A stretch of DNA of 64,000 nt from contig CP181291.1 of the NCBI GenBank assembly GCA_052279835.1, positions 1,376,001-1,440,000 on the forward strand, written 5' to 3'. The notes under the pieces are model-generated. The model searched no databases and was not told where the DNA came from. It saw only the letters and a program-made list of their open reading frames with translations. Positions 39,965-50,611 of this stretch are shown one piece after another. The position numbers were made by a program, and so were the translations under genes. Each line of letters begins with the position of its first letter. Position 1 is the stretch's first letter. Source of the stretch: Microcoleus sp. Lineage in GTDB: Bacteria > Cyanobacteriota > Cyanobacteriia > Cyanobacteriales > Microcoleaceae.

Positions 39965-40126
39965 AGTCCAACAGGGGTTGAAACCCCTGTCTCATAGCTA
40001 AAGTCGGTTGAAACCGACTGAATAATGCTACAAAATACTCGCATATTTGTTGATTTCATCTGTTTTTCAGTCCTCTTTTAGAGGACTTTCGCTCTCTCGA
40101 CGGGGGTTGAAAACCCCCGGCGGACT
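39965..40126. repeat. Multi-hairpin REPIN/IS200-605-derived-like element
   Basis: agtcc..caggggttgaaacccctg..agtcggttgaaaccgact...agtcctcttttagaggact..gggggttgaaaaccccc..ggact, with a mirror-symmetric layout. Confidence 0.75.
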
Positions 40127-40222
40127 GGTGGGATAGCGTCGGGGATTTTGGTGTCGGAAATTTTGGCAGCCTGAATGTGCGATCGCACTTGATCCAGTTA
40201 GATATCTCCAAAATATCCGCGA

Positions 40223-41011
40223 TTATTCCCCTTTGCGCCCAAACAGCTTTGCTACTGACTTTACTAACAGTTCTCGTGGCATGAATCTGGGCATATTTAC
40301 GATGATTTGATTCGGAACTCCCCCTGTCACAACGTTAGACTCATTCTTGTCTAAGGCTTTCAAAGCATCTCGCACTACTTCCTCGGCTGATACCAGTTTT
40401 TGCCCGCTGCTAGATGCTAGTGATTTTGGGAATTCAGCTACTGCAAAAAAGTCCGATTCTGTCGGTCCTGGACAAAGGCACAATACTCGTATTCCTAAAT
40501 CTTTGTTTTCCGCCCACAGTGATTCAGTGAAACTCAGAACAAAGGCTTTGGTTGCTGCGTAAATTGATAGGTATGGCATCGGTTGAAATGCTGCTATTGA
40601 TGCTACATTGATGATACTTCCTGATTTTTTTTGACGCATTTGCTGCAAAAATAAGTGCGAAAGCTCAACTAATGCTAGAATATTTAGTTGCACCATGGCT
40701 AGTTGTTTGTCAAGGGGGCGATCGGCAAAAACACCGTAATCTCCAAAACCCGCATTGTTGACTAACAAATCTACGGTCAAATCTGTTTGATTGACGGCCT
40801 CAAATACTTTGGTTCCAGCACCAGGTTCCGTCAAATCTTGCACGATTACTTCGGCTCGAATATGGAATTTTTCTTGGAGTGTAGCAGCGAGTTGGTGCAA
40901 TTTGTCTGCGGAACGAGCCACTAAAATTAGATTGTGCTGGTCTTGGGCTAATTCGGTGGCAAAAGCTGCACCAATTCCGCTAGAAGCTCCGGTGATTAAA
41001 GCAGTTGGCAT
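40223..41011 (-). CDS. SDR family oxidoreductase
   Basis: TGASSGIG, LVNNAGFG and YAATK. Confidence 0.93.
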   Translation of the reverse strand: MPTALITGASSGIGAAFATELAQDQHNLILVARSADKLHQLAATLQEKFHIRAEVIVQDLTEPGAGTKVFEAVNQTDLTVDLLVNNAGFGDYGVFADRPLDKQLAMVQLNILALVELSHLFLQQMRQKKSGSIINVASIAAFQPMPYLSIYAATKAFVLSFTESLWAENKDLGIRVLCLCPGPTESDFFAVAEFPKSLASSSGQKLVSAEEVVRDALKALDKNESNVVTGGVPNQIIVNMPRFMPRELLVKSVAKLFGRKGE

Positions 41012-41098
41012 GAAATTATGTCTGATATTTGATGGGGAATTTATATATTTTAACAATTATTTTGAGTGGCCACATGTAAAATACTTAAAAGGGAATAG

Positions 41099-42448
41099 GT
41101 GAGTTTTATGGCGCGTCTTACCGATCGAGCTTTTGAAATTTTAAAGTCAGAAGTTGACAAATGTGCAGCGGCTGACGCTATAGCTGGCAATGTCTACAGG
41201 AGTATGGTAATCAAGCAGTTGGAGAAAATGCGATCGGAAAATGGCAGTTTCGCATCCATAGAAGAAATCCGCGCTACTTTCAAAAATGAATTTCCCAACT
41301 TCAGCGAAAAAGCACTCAAAGCCGCCGTCAAAGCCAACAAGCCGCCCGGATTGTTTGGCAAAATTATCTGGGTGGGGGTTTTTTTGGGTGCGGGGGCGGG
41401 GATAATTTGGCTAGCAAACCTGCCTGTGCCGATCATTCGCAAGCCTATAGCAGATAAATTGCCCATATTGTTAATGCCGAGTTTTAGCAGCATGGATTAC
41501 AATTATCGGCAGGCGATCGCCCTCGTGGAACAATCGGATCAATTGGTAAATAAGGCAACTGCTGTGGCTGATTTCGACTTGGGCGACACCAAAGCAAAAC
41601 AAGCGCAAAAACACCTCGATGCCTTGCCGGTTTGGTTTTTAGGTTATTATCCAGAAACCTACTGCTCTTTTTTTGGCTGTACTTGGCGCTTTAGTGTTGA
41701 TGAATTTCAAGCAGCCCGCAAAAGTATCGGGCGTATGGAAGCCCAGATTTTCCAACAAAAAAATGCTTTTACTCAGCTTGGGGAAGTGGAACAAAACCTG
41801 AATACGGCAAAACAGCAGTACCAGCAAGCCAAAAATGCGGCAGATAGACAAAAAGCTAGCATAAATTGGCAAAGTGCGATCGACCAACTCAATCAAATTC
41901 CCGCAGAAACCCTAGCCGGAGAAACTGCTAGGAAAAAACTGCAAGCAGCAGAGAGAGATTTTCAAGCAATGGGCGGTGTCGCTACCGGTTCAGTACGCGC
42001 GGACAACTTAATCGAAGCAGCAAAAGAATTTGCCTTGAGTGCCGCTGTAGCATCGCAGAAACCGCCACATTCAGCCGAAACTTGGCAAAAAATAGCTGAT
42101 TTGTGGCAACAATCTATTGAACGACTCAGCCAAATTCCCTTTGATAATCCGGGCTATCTTGATGCTCAAACAAAACTAGCTGAATATCAAAATAATTTAG
42201 GCACTACACAGATTCGACTTCAAGCTGAAAAAGAGTCAGTGGAAGCTTTAAATCAGGCTAAAAACTTGTTTGCTAAGTTCCAAACTAACCTAAATTCTAT
42301 TAATCAAAATCCTGGTTACGCCCTGGGTTACTTGCAGGAAATTATCAACACTTTAGAATCTGTAAAACCGGGAACGACTGTTTATCCAGAAGCCCAAAAA
42401 TGGCTGCAATCAGCTCGCAAAAAACAGAAAGAATGGCAACAAAAATAA
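41099..42448 (+). CDS. Conserved hypothetical membrane-anchored helical protein
   Basis: One TM segment and a long helical repeat region (WQSAIDQL / WQQSIERL). Confidence 0.75.
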   Translation: MSFMARLTDRAFEILKSEVDKCAAADAIAGNVYRSMVIKQLEKMRSENGSFASIEEIRATFKNEFPNFSEKALKAAVKANKPPGLFGKIIWVGVFLGAGAGIIWLANLPVPIIRKPIADKLPILLMPSFSSMDYNYRQAIALVEQSDQLVNKATAVADFDLGDTKAKQAQKHLDALPVWFLGYYPETYCSFFGCTWRFSVDEFQAARKSIGRMEAQIFQQKNAFTQLGEVEQNLNTAKQQYQQAKNAADRQKASINWQSAIDQLNQIPAETLAGETARKKLQAAERDFQAMGGVATGSVRADNLIEAAKEFALSAAVASQKPPHSAETWQKIADLWQQSIERLSQIPFDNPGYLDAQTKLAEYQNNLGTTQIRLQAEKESVEALNQAKNLFAKFQTNLNSINQNPGYALGYLQEIINTLESVKPGTTVYPEAQKWLQSARKKQKEWQQK

Positions 42449-42570
42449 AGCTGGGGAATATTGACTTTTTTCAGAAATGGGATTAGAGTCAGCATATGTA
42501 TTTTTGTTGAGCGATCGCTAAAAATCTTATCAGATAGCGCGATCGCTTTTACTTTTGGCGATCGGAGCCG

Positions 42571-42720
42571 AGAATGAAACAGCCCTGCCCCTTGGGAGGG
42601 CAGGGGGGCTTGCCCGATGCCCTCCCTCATTCCCCCCTAGGGGCGATGCCCTCCCTCATTCCCCCCTAGGGGCGATGCCCTCCCTCATTCCCCCCTAGGG
42701 GGGGGCAGGGGGGGGTTGCC
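42571..42720. repeat. IS-end-like 17-mer plus three 29-bp tandem repeats
   Basis: agaatgaaacagccctg (42571-42587); cgatgccctccctcattcccccctagggg at 42615, 42644 and 42673. Confidence 0.8.
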
Positions 42721-42750
42721 CGACTCCCGATGTCCTATTACCTATTACCA

Positions 42751-43587
42751 ATGAAAGACTTAACTCGTAGACAATTTATCGCTGTCACTGCCTTAAGCGC
42801 CGGATTTGCCCTAGCAGTTCATCCTATTGCTGCGGCCGTTATCACCACTGATGCTAGCGGTTTAATCGCAGGTGAAGTCAAGATTCCCGTCAAAGATGGC
42901 GAAATTCCAGCCTACAGAGCAATGCCTGCTAATGGTAGCAATTTTCCCGTGGTAATCGTGATTCAGGAAATCTTCGGAGTTCATGCTCATATTCAAGACA
43001 TTTGTCGCCGTTTTGCTAAATTAGGTTATTTAGCGATCGCCCCAGAAATGTTTGCCCGTCAAGGTGATGTTTCTAAAATGACCGACATTCAAGAAATCAT
43101 CAGCAAAGTAGTTTCTAAAGTCCCCGATGCTCAAGTTATGTCGGATTTGGATGCTACGGTAGATTGGGCACAAAAGTCAGGAAAAGGCAATATTAATAAG
43201 TTGGGAATTACAGGATTTTGCTGGGGAGGCAGAATAGTATGGCTCTACGCCGCCCACAACCCGAAAGTTAAAGCGGGAGTGGCTTGGTACGGGCGTGTGG
43301 TTGGCGATTCTACGGCTTTGACTCCAAAACAGCCGATCGACATTGCACCAACTTTGAAAGTGCCAGTATTGGGGCTTTACGGTGCCAAAGACGACTCAAT
43401 TCCCACCGATACAGTGGAGAAAATGCGCCAAGTTCTCAAAACAGGCAGTAGCGGTTCAGAAATTGTGATTTATCCAGATACACCCCACGGATTTAACGCC
43501 GACTATCGCCCCACTTACCGCGAAAAAGAAGCTAAGGATGGTTGGAAGCGGCTGCAAGATTGGTTTAAGAAGTCGGGGGCTGCATAA
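42751..43587 (+). CDS. Dienelactone hydrolase family protein with Tat signal
   Basis: [19 protein letters not shown] and PHGFNADYR. Confidence 0.93.
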   Translation: MKDLTRRQFIAVTALSAGFALAVHPIAAAVITTDASGLIAGEVKIPVKDGEIPAYRAMPANGSNFPVVIVIQEIFGVHAHIQDICRRFAKLGYLAIAPEMFARQGDVSKMTDIQEIISKVVSKVPDAQVMSDLDATVDWAQKSGKGNINKLGITGFCWGGRIVWLYAAHNPKVKAGVAWYGRVVGDSTALTPKQPIDIAPTLKVPVLGLYGAKDDSIPTDTVEKMRQVLKTGSSGSEIVIYPDTPHGFNADYRPTYREKEAKDGWKRLQDWFKKSGAA

Positions 43588-43654
43588 GAGTTTTTAGTAG
43601 TGAGTTGTGAGTGGCAGTTTAAAATTATCTTCGTCCCTCCCAACTCACTCCAAA

Positions 43655-44860
43655 TCAAGCAATTTCTGGCTGAAACCTTTGATGGGATTTAGCTTTGATG
43701 CTGAAGAACAAAACACTAATCAAAAGTATCAAAACCACAATCGTTCTCCAGTGAACTAAAAAAGGCAGACCCGCAGCCAAAAATATGCGTCTCGGAAAAA
43801 ACAGCAGAAAGACTAGACCTATCATGCCGAGATAAGCTTTTTGATTTCCATAGCAATACAGCCACAGAGATGTGAGTATGGGGAGCAAACCAACGTAATC
43901 GTAAACATGAGTATACCCTAAAAATGTAAACGATATACCCATCAGTACAGCAAAGATATCTTCTCGGTTGATTTTATTGCGGAATACCCACAACAAAGCA
44001 GTTAAAATCAACCCCAAAATCTTGATTCCTGGTAAATTCCAGCCAAAAAAAGCCAACAGACTTTCCATACCGACTTTATCTTGAAACCCCGGCTTATTGA
44101 AAGTTACAACTAGGTAACTATCTTGAATTCCTTGATGCCATGCTTCTAAGGTGCCAATTGGTCCGCCGTAGAATACCAAGGGATAAGCACTCATAACTAC
44201 CACGGTTAGCAGGGATACAGCTAATATTTTCCAGTTGCGTTCTAACAAAAACCAAAAACCTAGCAATAAGCAGATTTGTGGCTTAAAGCTAGCTAAACCC
44301 AAACAGATCCCCGCTAATACATCTTTTTGTCTTTGGCTGAAAAACCAAGCACCCATGGTAGCAGCAAAAGATATCAAAGAAGTTTGACCCATCCACACCA
44401 CATGAGTGGTGAATGGGTTGCCAATAATGATGGCAGCCATTACCCAACGGCCGAGTTGATGTCCACGATGATTTGGCAATCTATTTATCGTCTCCAGTGT
44501 CATCACCACGATAGCTGCGATCGAGATCAAGTTGAGTCCTACCCAGACGAACTTGGCAACTGAGTAATCAAAAAGACCTACAAACAGACAAAATATTGCG
44601 GCTTGAGGAGGATAAAAGAAACCGCCATCCTCAAAGCCAGGAATTTCCTTGATTCCGGCTACACTTTTATTCAAAAGATCGAGCTTGTAGGGATTCAAAC
44701 CCATCAACCAAGCACGTCCAGCAGCGTAAATGGTGGCACCGTCAAAATTGAGCGGGCTGTTGATATCTCTGCCAATCCCTATTATCCCAAAACAAATTAG
44801 AGATAATAGGCTTAATCCGACTATACCTAAACCAAAGTTCCGCTTAAATGATTCTGTCAT
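43655..44860 (-). CDS. GT87/DUF2029 family membrane glycosyltransferase
   Basis: IYAAG..GLNPY, FFYPP, GQTS and FKPQ; multi-TM. Confidence 0.82.
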   Translation of the reverse strand: MTESFKRNFGLGIVGLSLLSLICFGIIGIGRDINSPLNFDGATIYAAGRAWLMGLNPYKLDLLNKSVAGIKEIPGFEDGGFFYPPQAAIFCLFVGLFDYSVAKFVWVGLNLISIAAIVVMTLETINRLPNHRGHQLGRWVMAAIIIGNPFTTHVVWMGQTSLISFAATMGAWFFSQRQKDVLAGICLGLASFKPQICLLLGFWFLLERNWKILAVSLLTVVVMSAYPLVFYGGPIGTLEAWHQGIQDSYLVVTFNKPGFQDKVGMESLLAFFGWNLPGIKILGLILTALLWVFRNKINREDIFAVLMGISFTFLGYTHVYDYVGLLPILTSLWLYCYGNQKAYLGMIGLVFLLFFPRRIFLAAGLPFLVHWRTIVVLILLISVLFFSIKAKSHQRFQPEIA

Positions 44861-45142
44861 CAGCCTATCTCCGAATTGGTTTAAAGTTTGAAAATGGAAA
44901 AAAAACTACAAATTTTAAGGTGATAATCTTGCAATTAAGTATATACTTAGGTTCATGTGTTATGCAAATTAACGAAAGTTAATCAAATAAATAGGGATGT
45001 AACAGCAAATTTTGTATCAAAAAAAGCAATATTGGCAGTCTCAGCATTCGTGTCGCTCCGATCGTCCCTGAGACAGTTGGTTTGTTGGGTCTCCAAAAGT
45101 TAAACTTGGCGGTGTAGAGTTATCGATCGAACAGGTAAGCCC

Positions 45143-45625
45143 GTGCTAGACGAACAAGCGAAAAAGACCATCCTCCGCAAAATCCCTCATGGACTATACA
45201 TCTGCGGTGTCAAAGACGGTGAAGAAGTCAACGGCTTCACCGCTAGCTGGGTGATGCAATCTTCCTTTACTCCTCCCTTAGTGGTGAACTGCGTCAAGCA
45301 AGACTCCAAATCCCACGCCATGATTAAAGCTAGCGGTGTCTTTGCTTTGAGTTTCCTGGAAGCAGGACAAAAAGAGTTAGCCCAAAAATTCTTTAAGCCC
45401 CAGCGCCGGGTAGGCAATAAATTTGAGGATGTAGAATTTTATGCCGGGGCCGAAACTGGTTGTCCGATTATTTCGGATTCTCTGGGTTATCTGGAGTGCA
45501 AGGTTGTCGGCGCTGTGGAACACGGCGATCATACGGTGTATGTCGGTGAAGTTGTGGCTGCGGGCGTTCACCGGGAGGGCGAACCCTTGCTGCTAGAAAG
45601 CACTGGCTGGAATTACGGCGGCTAG
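45143..45625 (+). CDS. Flavin reductase family protein
   Basis: TASWVMQSSFTPP and GDHTVYVGEV. Confidence 0.9.
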   Translation: MLDEQAKKTILRKIPHGLYICGVKDGEEVNGFTASWVMQSSFTPPLVVNCVKQDSKSHAMIKASGVFALSFLEAGQKELAQKFFKPQRRVGNKFEDVEFYAGAETGCPIISDSLGYLECKVVGAVEHGDHTVYVGEVVAAGVHREGEPLLLESTGWNYGG

Positions 45626-45629
45626 AAAG

Positions 45630-45835
45630 TTGACAATTGGCAATTGACAATTGGCAATTGCCAGTTGTCAGTTGTCAGTTGTCAGTTGTTAGTTGTCAGT
45701 TGTCAGTTGTCAGTTGTTAGTTGTCAGTTGTCAGTTGTCAGTTGTCAGTTGTTATTTGTCAGTTGTTAGTTGTTAGTTGTTAGTTGTTATTTGTCAGTTG
45801 TCAGTTGTTAGTTGTTAGTTGTTTGTTGGTTGTTT
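45630..45835. repeat. Long STRR tract (TTGTCAG/TTGTTAG)n
   Basis: About 200 bp of heptamer repeats between convergent genes. Confidence 0.92.
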
Positions 45836-45839
45836 AGGG

Positions 45840-46355
45840 TCATTTGTCAGTTGTGATGCGAGTTAAAAGCACTGAAAAATCGGCTACAATTTTGTGGGTA
45901 TTTTTTGGTGTTAATATTGGGACGTGTACGAAAACACATTTGGTGTTGATTTGAGAGTCAGCAAGGTGTTTTAATACTGCATAATAAAGGGCTTCACACA
46001 CAAATTTTCCGGCATTATGACTAATTTTAATATTTGGTAAATCAGCAATTAGATATTCGAGATTAACGGCTGTTTTGAGAATATTTTGGTCGCAGCAAGC
46101 GCAGGATTCTAGGGTTAATGTTTGGGAACTTTCTGCCATGCCACAGCAGACGATTAGATCTGGTTGGAGTTGGTTGATTTTGGCGATCGCCAAATTGGGC
46201 GCTTCCTGGAAATCTACTGGCAGTTTTCTCAAGAAACTCAGGGAGTAAGGCAAAGATTTAATCAGCGAAATTCTGCCTAATAAGTCGTCAGAAGAGTTGG
46301 ATTTTTGATGAGGTTGCCAAGTGTCGAAGGATGTTAGCAAAATTTTGGTATTCAT
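45840..46355 (-). CDS. Pyroglutamyl-peptidase I (C15)-like protein
   Basis: ILLTSF, LPVDF, SHNAGKFVCE and FVHVP. Confidence 0.85.
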   Translation of the reverse strand: MNTKILLTSFDTWQPHQKSNSSDDLLGRISLIKSLPYSLSFLRKLPVDFQEAPNLAIAKINQLQPDLIVCCGMAESSQTLTLESCACCDQNILKTAVNLEYLIADLPNIKISHNAGKFVCEALYYAVLKHLADSQINTKCVFVHVPILTPKNTHKIVADFSVLLTRITTDK

Positions 46356-46405
46356 CAATAATTTTGGTAAGATAGTTCCATTGATAATATAAGGCAAGTA
46401 AGTCA

Positions 46406-47038
46406 ATGTCTGTCATTGCAGTAGTGGACTATGACATGGGCAATCTGCACTCGGTCTGTAAAGGCTTGGAAAATGTGGGTGCAGTGCCAAAAATTACGGA
46501 CGATCCGGCGATGATTGACCAGGCTGATGCCGTAGTTTTACCGGGTGTGGGTTCCTTCGATCCGGCAATGCAGAATTTAAGAACCCGCGGATTGATAGAA
46601 CCGATAATCAGTGCGATCGCATCGGGAAAACCTTTTTTAGGCATCTGTTTGGGTTTGCAAATCCTGTTTGAAAGTTCCGAAGAAGGTGTAGAACCGGGAT
46701 TGGGAGTGATTTCGGGAACTGTGCGACGGTTTCGTTCTGAGCCTGGGTTGACAATTCCGCACATGGGATGGAATCAATTGCAATTTGCTCAGGATTTGTC
46801 GCTGTGGCAAAATTTGCCTGCTGAACCTTGGGTTTATTTTGTGCATTCTTATTATGTCGATCCAGTCGATCCGAAAGTGCGATCGGCAATGGTGACTCAT
46901 GGTAGTCAAAATGTGACGGCGGCGATCGCCAAAGATAATCTGATGGCTGTACAATTTCACCCCGAAAAGTCTTCGAGTACGGGATTGCAAATGTTGTCAA
47001 ATTTTGTGATGCAGGTGAGGGAAAAAGTAGCTGCTTAA
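46406..47038 (+). CDS. hisH: Imidazole glycerol phosphate synthase subunit HisH
   Basis: DYDMGNLHSV, LPGVG, GICLGLQ, YFVHSY and QFHPEKS. Confidence 0.97.
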   Translation: MSVIAVVDYDMGNLHSVCKGLENVGAVPKITDDPAMIDQADAVVLPGVGSFDPAMQNLRTRGLIEPIISAIASGKPFLGICLGLQILFESSEEGVEPGLGVISGTVRRFRSEPGLTIPHMGWNQLQFAQDLSLWQNLPAEPWVYFVHSYYVDPVDPKVRSAMVTHGSQNVTAAIAKDNLMAVQFHPEKSSSTGLQMLSNFVMQVREKVAA

Positions 47039-47047
47039 AGTCGATGA

Positions 47048-47078
47048 AAAACCCGGTTTCTTCAAGAAACCGGGTTTT
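47048..47078. terminator. Repeat-derived hairpin between convergent hisH and glgX
   Basis: aaaacccggtttct-tca-agaaaccgggtttt. Confidence 0.65.
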
Positions 47079-47110
47079 GAGGAAAGCTGTACATTCTGAA
47101 GAATGGGAGT

Positions 47111-49328
47111 CTATAGTGACCGGGGGTGTCCATTTAGACATTTTAAAATCACTATCGATCGCGCTGTCACAGGAATCTTTTTCCGTTTTGTATAAATTAT
47201 CCTTTTAGATTCCACAAATTTCGGTTCGGCGGTGTCTAGAACGGCAATCCACTGCAAGCCCTGAAACCGAGGGGGAATCACGAAATCGATCGCCTCCCAG
47301 TGAGCATTGAAAAACAGCAGAAAACTATCATCAATAATCCGTTCGCCACGAGCATTTGGGGAGGCAATCTCTTCACCATTGAGGAAAATTCCGATCGCTT
47401 TGGCATACCCTACTTTCCACTGTTCATCAGTCATTTCCCCGCCGTCGGGGTTGAACCAGGTAATATCGCTAACTTGGGAACCGTGAATCGCACGTCCTTG
47501 GAACCACTTACGGCGACGAAATATGGGATGTTCGCGCCGCAAGCGGGTTAACTGGCGCGTAAATTCGAGCAAGTCAGCATTTTTGTGCTGCAATCCCCAA
47601 TCCACCCAAGAGATTTCGTTATCCTGACAATAGGCGTTGTTATTGCCGCCTTGACTTCGCCCCATTTCATCTCCAGCCACCAGCATCGGAACACCTTGAG
47701 ACAGCAGTAACGAAGTCAAGAAATTGCGCTGTTGGCGTTCTCGCAGCAACTGGACTTGGGGATCGTCGGTGTCGCCATCCCCAGCACAGGGGTCAAAACA
47801 GGGTGCAGATGCTCCTGGTTCTAGGGCTTGGGTTGCTGCAAGTTCGATCGCCGTGCAGTTCCAGGATCGATTGTAGTTTTCCCCATCGCGACTGTTTTCG
47901 CCATTGGCTTCGTTATGTTTCAGGTTGTAACTGACGAGATCCTTGAGCGTAAATCCATCGTGGGCGGTGATAAAGTTGATACTGGCATGGGGTCGCCGTC
48001 CGTTACTTTCGTAGAGGTCGGAACTCCCAGTAAAGCTATAGGCAAACTGAGACAGAGTTTCGTTGGTTCCCCGCCAAAAGTCCCGCATGGTATCGCGGTA
48101 GCGGCCGTTCCATTCCGACCACAGCAAGGGGAATTGGCCAACTTGATAGCCACCTTCGCCGATATCCCAGGGTTCAGCGATTAACTTGACCTCGCACAAA
48201 ACGGGGGTCTTGGTGGATGATGTCAAAAAAGGCGGCAAAGGTATCGACGCGATCGGTTTCCCGCGCTAAAACCGTCGCCAAATCGAAGCGGAACCCATCG
48301 ACGTGCATCTCCAACACCCAATAGCGCAAGCTATCCATAATCAGCTTCAACACTTGGGGATGGCAGACATTCAGAGAGTTGCCACAGCCGCTGTAATCCA
48401 TATAGTAGCGGGGAGCGCCTTCGACGAGGCGGTAGTAAGCGGCATTGTCAAGGCCACGAAATGAGAGGGTTGGGCCCATGTGGTTGCCCTCTCCTGTGTG
48501 GTTGTAGACCACATCGATAATCACCTCAATTCCAGCAGCGTGTAAGGCTTTGACCATCTCCTTAAACTCATTCACCTGTTGACCGGTGTTGCCACTGGCA
48601 CTGTAGCCGGAGTAAGGCGCGAGATAGTTGATCGAATCGTAGCCCCAGTAGTTTCGCAATCCCTTGGCATCCAGAAAGCCGGGACAGCCGATGAAGTGAT
48701 GGACGGGGAGGAGTTCGACGGCAGTAATCCCCAAGGATTTGAGATGGTCTATGGCGGCGGGATGGGCGAGTCCGGCGTAGGTTCCCCGCAGGGCTTCAGG
48801 AATGTCGGGATGGAGTTTGGTAAAGCCTTTGACGTGCATCTCGTAGATGACTGTTTTGTGCCAAGGGAGTTGGGGGTGAGTGTCACCTTCCCAATCAAAG
48901 GATTCATCGATGACAACAGCTTTGGGGACTAAGTGAGAATCGTCTAAGGCGCTATAGGATAGGTCTTCCTTTTCGTCGTCCCAGTCATAGCCGAAGATTT
49001 CCCGTCCGTGAACCACGTCTCCTGCGATCGCTTTAGCGTAGGGGTCGATCGACAGTTTGGCAGGATTGAAGCGATGTCCCGCTAAGGGGTCGTAGGGACC
49101 GTGGACGCGAAACCCGTACAATTGACCGGGTTGGATGCCAGGAACATAGCCGTGCCAGATGAAATTATAGACTTCAGTCAGTGGCAGTCGAGTTTCCCAA
49201 CCTTGTTCATCGAACAAGCACAATTCAACCCCTGTGGCATTTTCTGAAAACAGGCCAAAATTTGTGCCTTCGCCATCCCATTTTGAACCCAAGGGATAGG
49301 GTTTTCCGGGCCAAAGTTTTAAATCCAT
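47111..49328 (-). pseudogene. glgX: Glycogen debranching enzyme GlgX, split by a +1 frameshift at G5 (48203-48207)
   Basis: N-half [30 protein letters not shown]-half [22 protein letters not shown]. Removing one C joins the two frames. Confidence 0.88.
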
Positions 49329-49812
49329 AGAATCCAAATCGTAATCCTCTGATACCACAATTAGAGCAATCTTGAGATGTGTAGTTGGGCGAAACGGCTG
49401 CAACTGCCCGATCCCAGATTTGTGCGTAGTAGTCCAGCTCTAGAGTGAATTTATATTTACTAGCATCATATCACTAACCTCCCGATGTTTACCTCGATCG
49501 CTCAAGGGTGCAACTGCATGAATCTCAGACTTGTCACCAGTTCAGATGAGACTCTCAAAATGTTTTGGGTGCGCTCAAATCAAATCAGCCAACCCATCCG
49601 CCAGCAGCATATCCCAAAATCTCTACCCCTATAATGCCATGAATTTTTGCAGGTTTTTCGCGGAGATTATTGCTTGATGATTCTTGTTTTTGCCTCAAAA
49701 ACTAGCGGAATATAGTTGAGATTCAACGCTTATGTGCTATAATTAAACTTACATTCAAACTTCTGTTTTCCCATCTAAAAAAACAGAATCTACTTTAAGA
49801 TCGGAATTTTAA

Positions 49813-50355
49813 ATGAGCTTGAGAATCTGTGGCAATCGCCAACTAAAAACCCTGCCCGGACTCGCAACTCGGCCCACACCTGCGCGAGTCAGAGAAGCTT
49901 TATTTAATATTTGGCAAGGGACGATCGCCGATTGCAGATGGCTTGACATTTGTACGGGTAGTGGCTCCATGGGTGCAGAAGCTTTGTGTCGCGGGGCTTT
50001 GAGTGTCACTGGGATTGAACAGTCGGCGAAAGCTTGTGCCATTATTCAGCAAAATTGGCAGCAAGTGGCAAAGTCATCCCAAGAATTTCACATCTTGCGG
50101 GGAAGTGCGACTGCGAAATTGGCGACTCTAGCCCGACAGCAGTTCGATCGCATTTACTTCGATCCGCCCTACGCCAGCAACTTGTACGAGCCTGTCTTGA
50201 ATGCGATCGCCAGCCAAGAAATGTTAGCACCCCATGGTGAAATAGCGATCGAACACAGTCGCCAGCGCGAGGCTGTCCCCATTTCCGGCCTCGAAATTTG
50301 TCGCCAAAAATTCTACGGCAATACAGCCTTAACCTTCTACACTCGCAGTTGTTGA
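49813..50355 (+). CDS. rsmD: 16S rRNA (guanine(966)-N2)-methyltransferase
   Basis: TRPTPARVREALFNI, GSGSMGAEALCRGA and FDPPY. Confidence 0.93.
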   Translation: MSLRICGNRQLKTLPGLATRPTPARVREALFNIWQGTIADCRWLDICTGSGSMGAEALCRGALSVTGIEQSAKACAIIQQNWQQVAKSSQEFHILRGSATAKLATLARQQFDRIYFDPPYASNLYEPVLNAIASQEMLAPHGEIAIEHSRQREAVPISGLEICRQKFYGNTALTFYTRSC

Positions 50356-50611
50356 GCCATGCCAATGGTGACTGTTAGTCCGGCGACACCGCCTCCTGCA
50401 ACTAAACTGGTATCCTAGAACCGGCCGAGCAACCTGAAAGTTTAATTAGATGGCGTATATTCACAGATAATCAAACTTTTGTCAGGGTAGTCTTAAGTCT
50501 CAGGTTGCTGGAGCTATTCCAGAAATAAATCGACTTAACGCTGAAAAAACAGACTTTCAGTTGTACCATAAACTGCAAAGTGTGAGTGTGAATATTCCTA
50601 AAGGAGTGAAT

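Noticed and set aside
42615..42701. 29-bp repeats as CRISPR
   Set aside because: Head-to-tail with no spacers.
49813..50355. DPPY protein as a second DNA methyltransferase
   Set aside because: TRPT..VREALFN and EAL.RGA identify RsmD, an rRNA methyltransferase.
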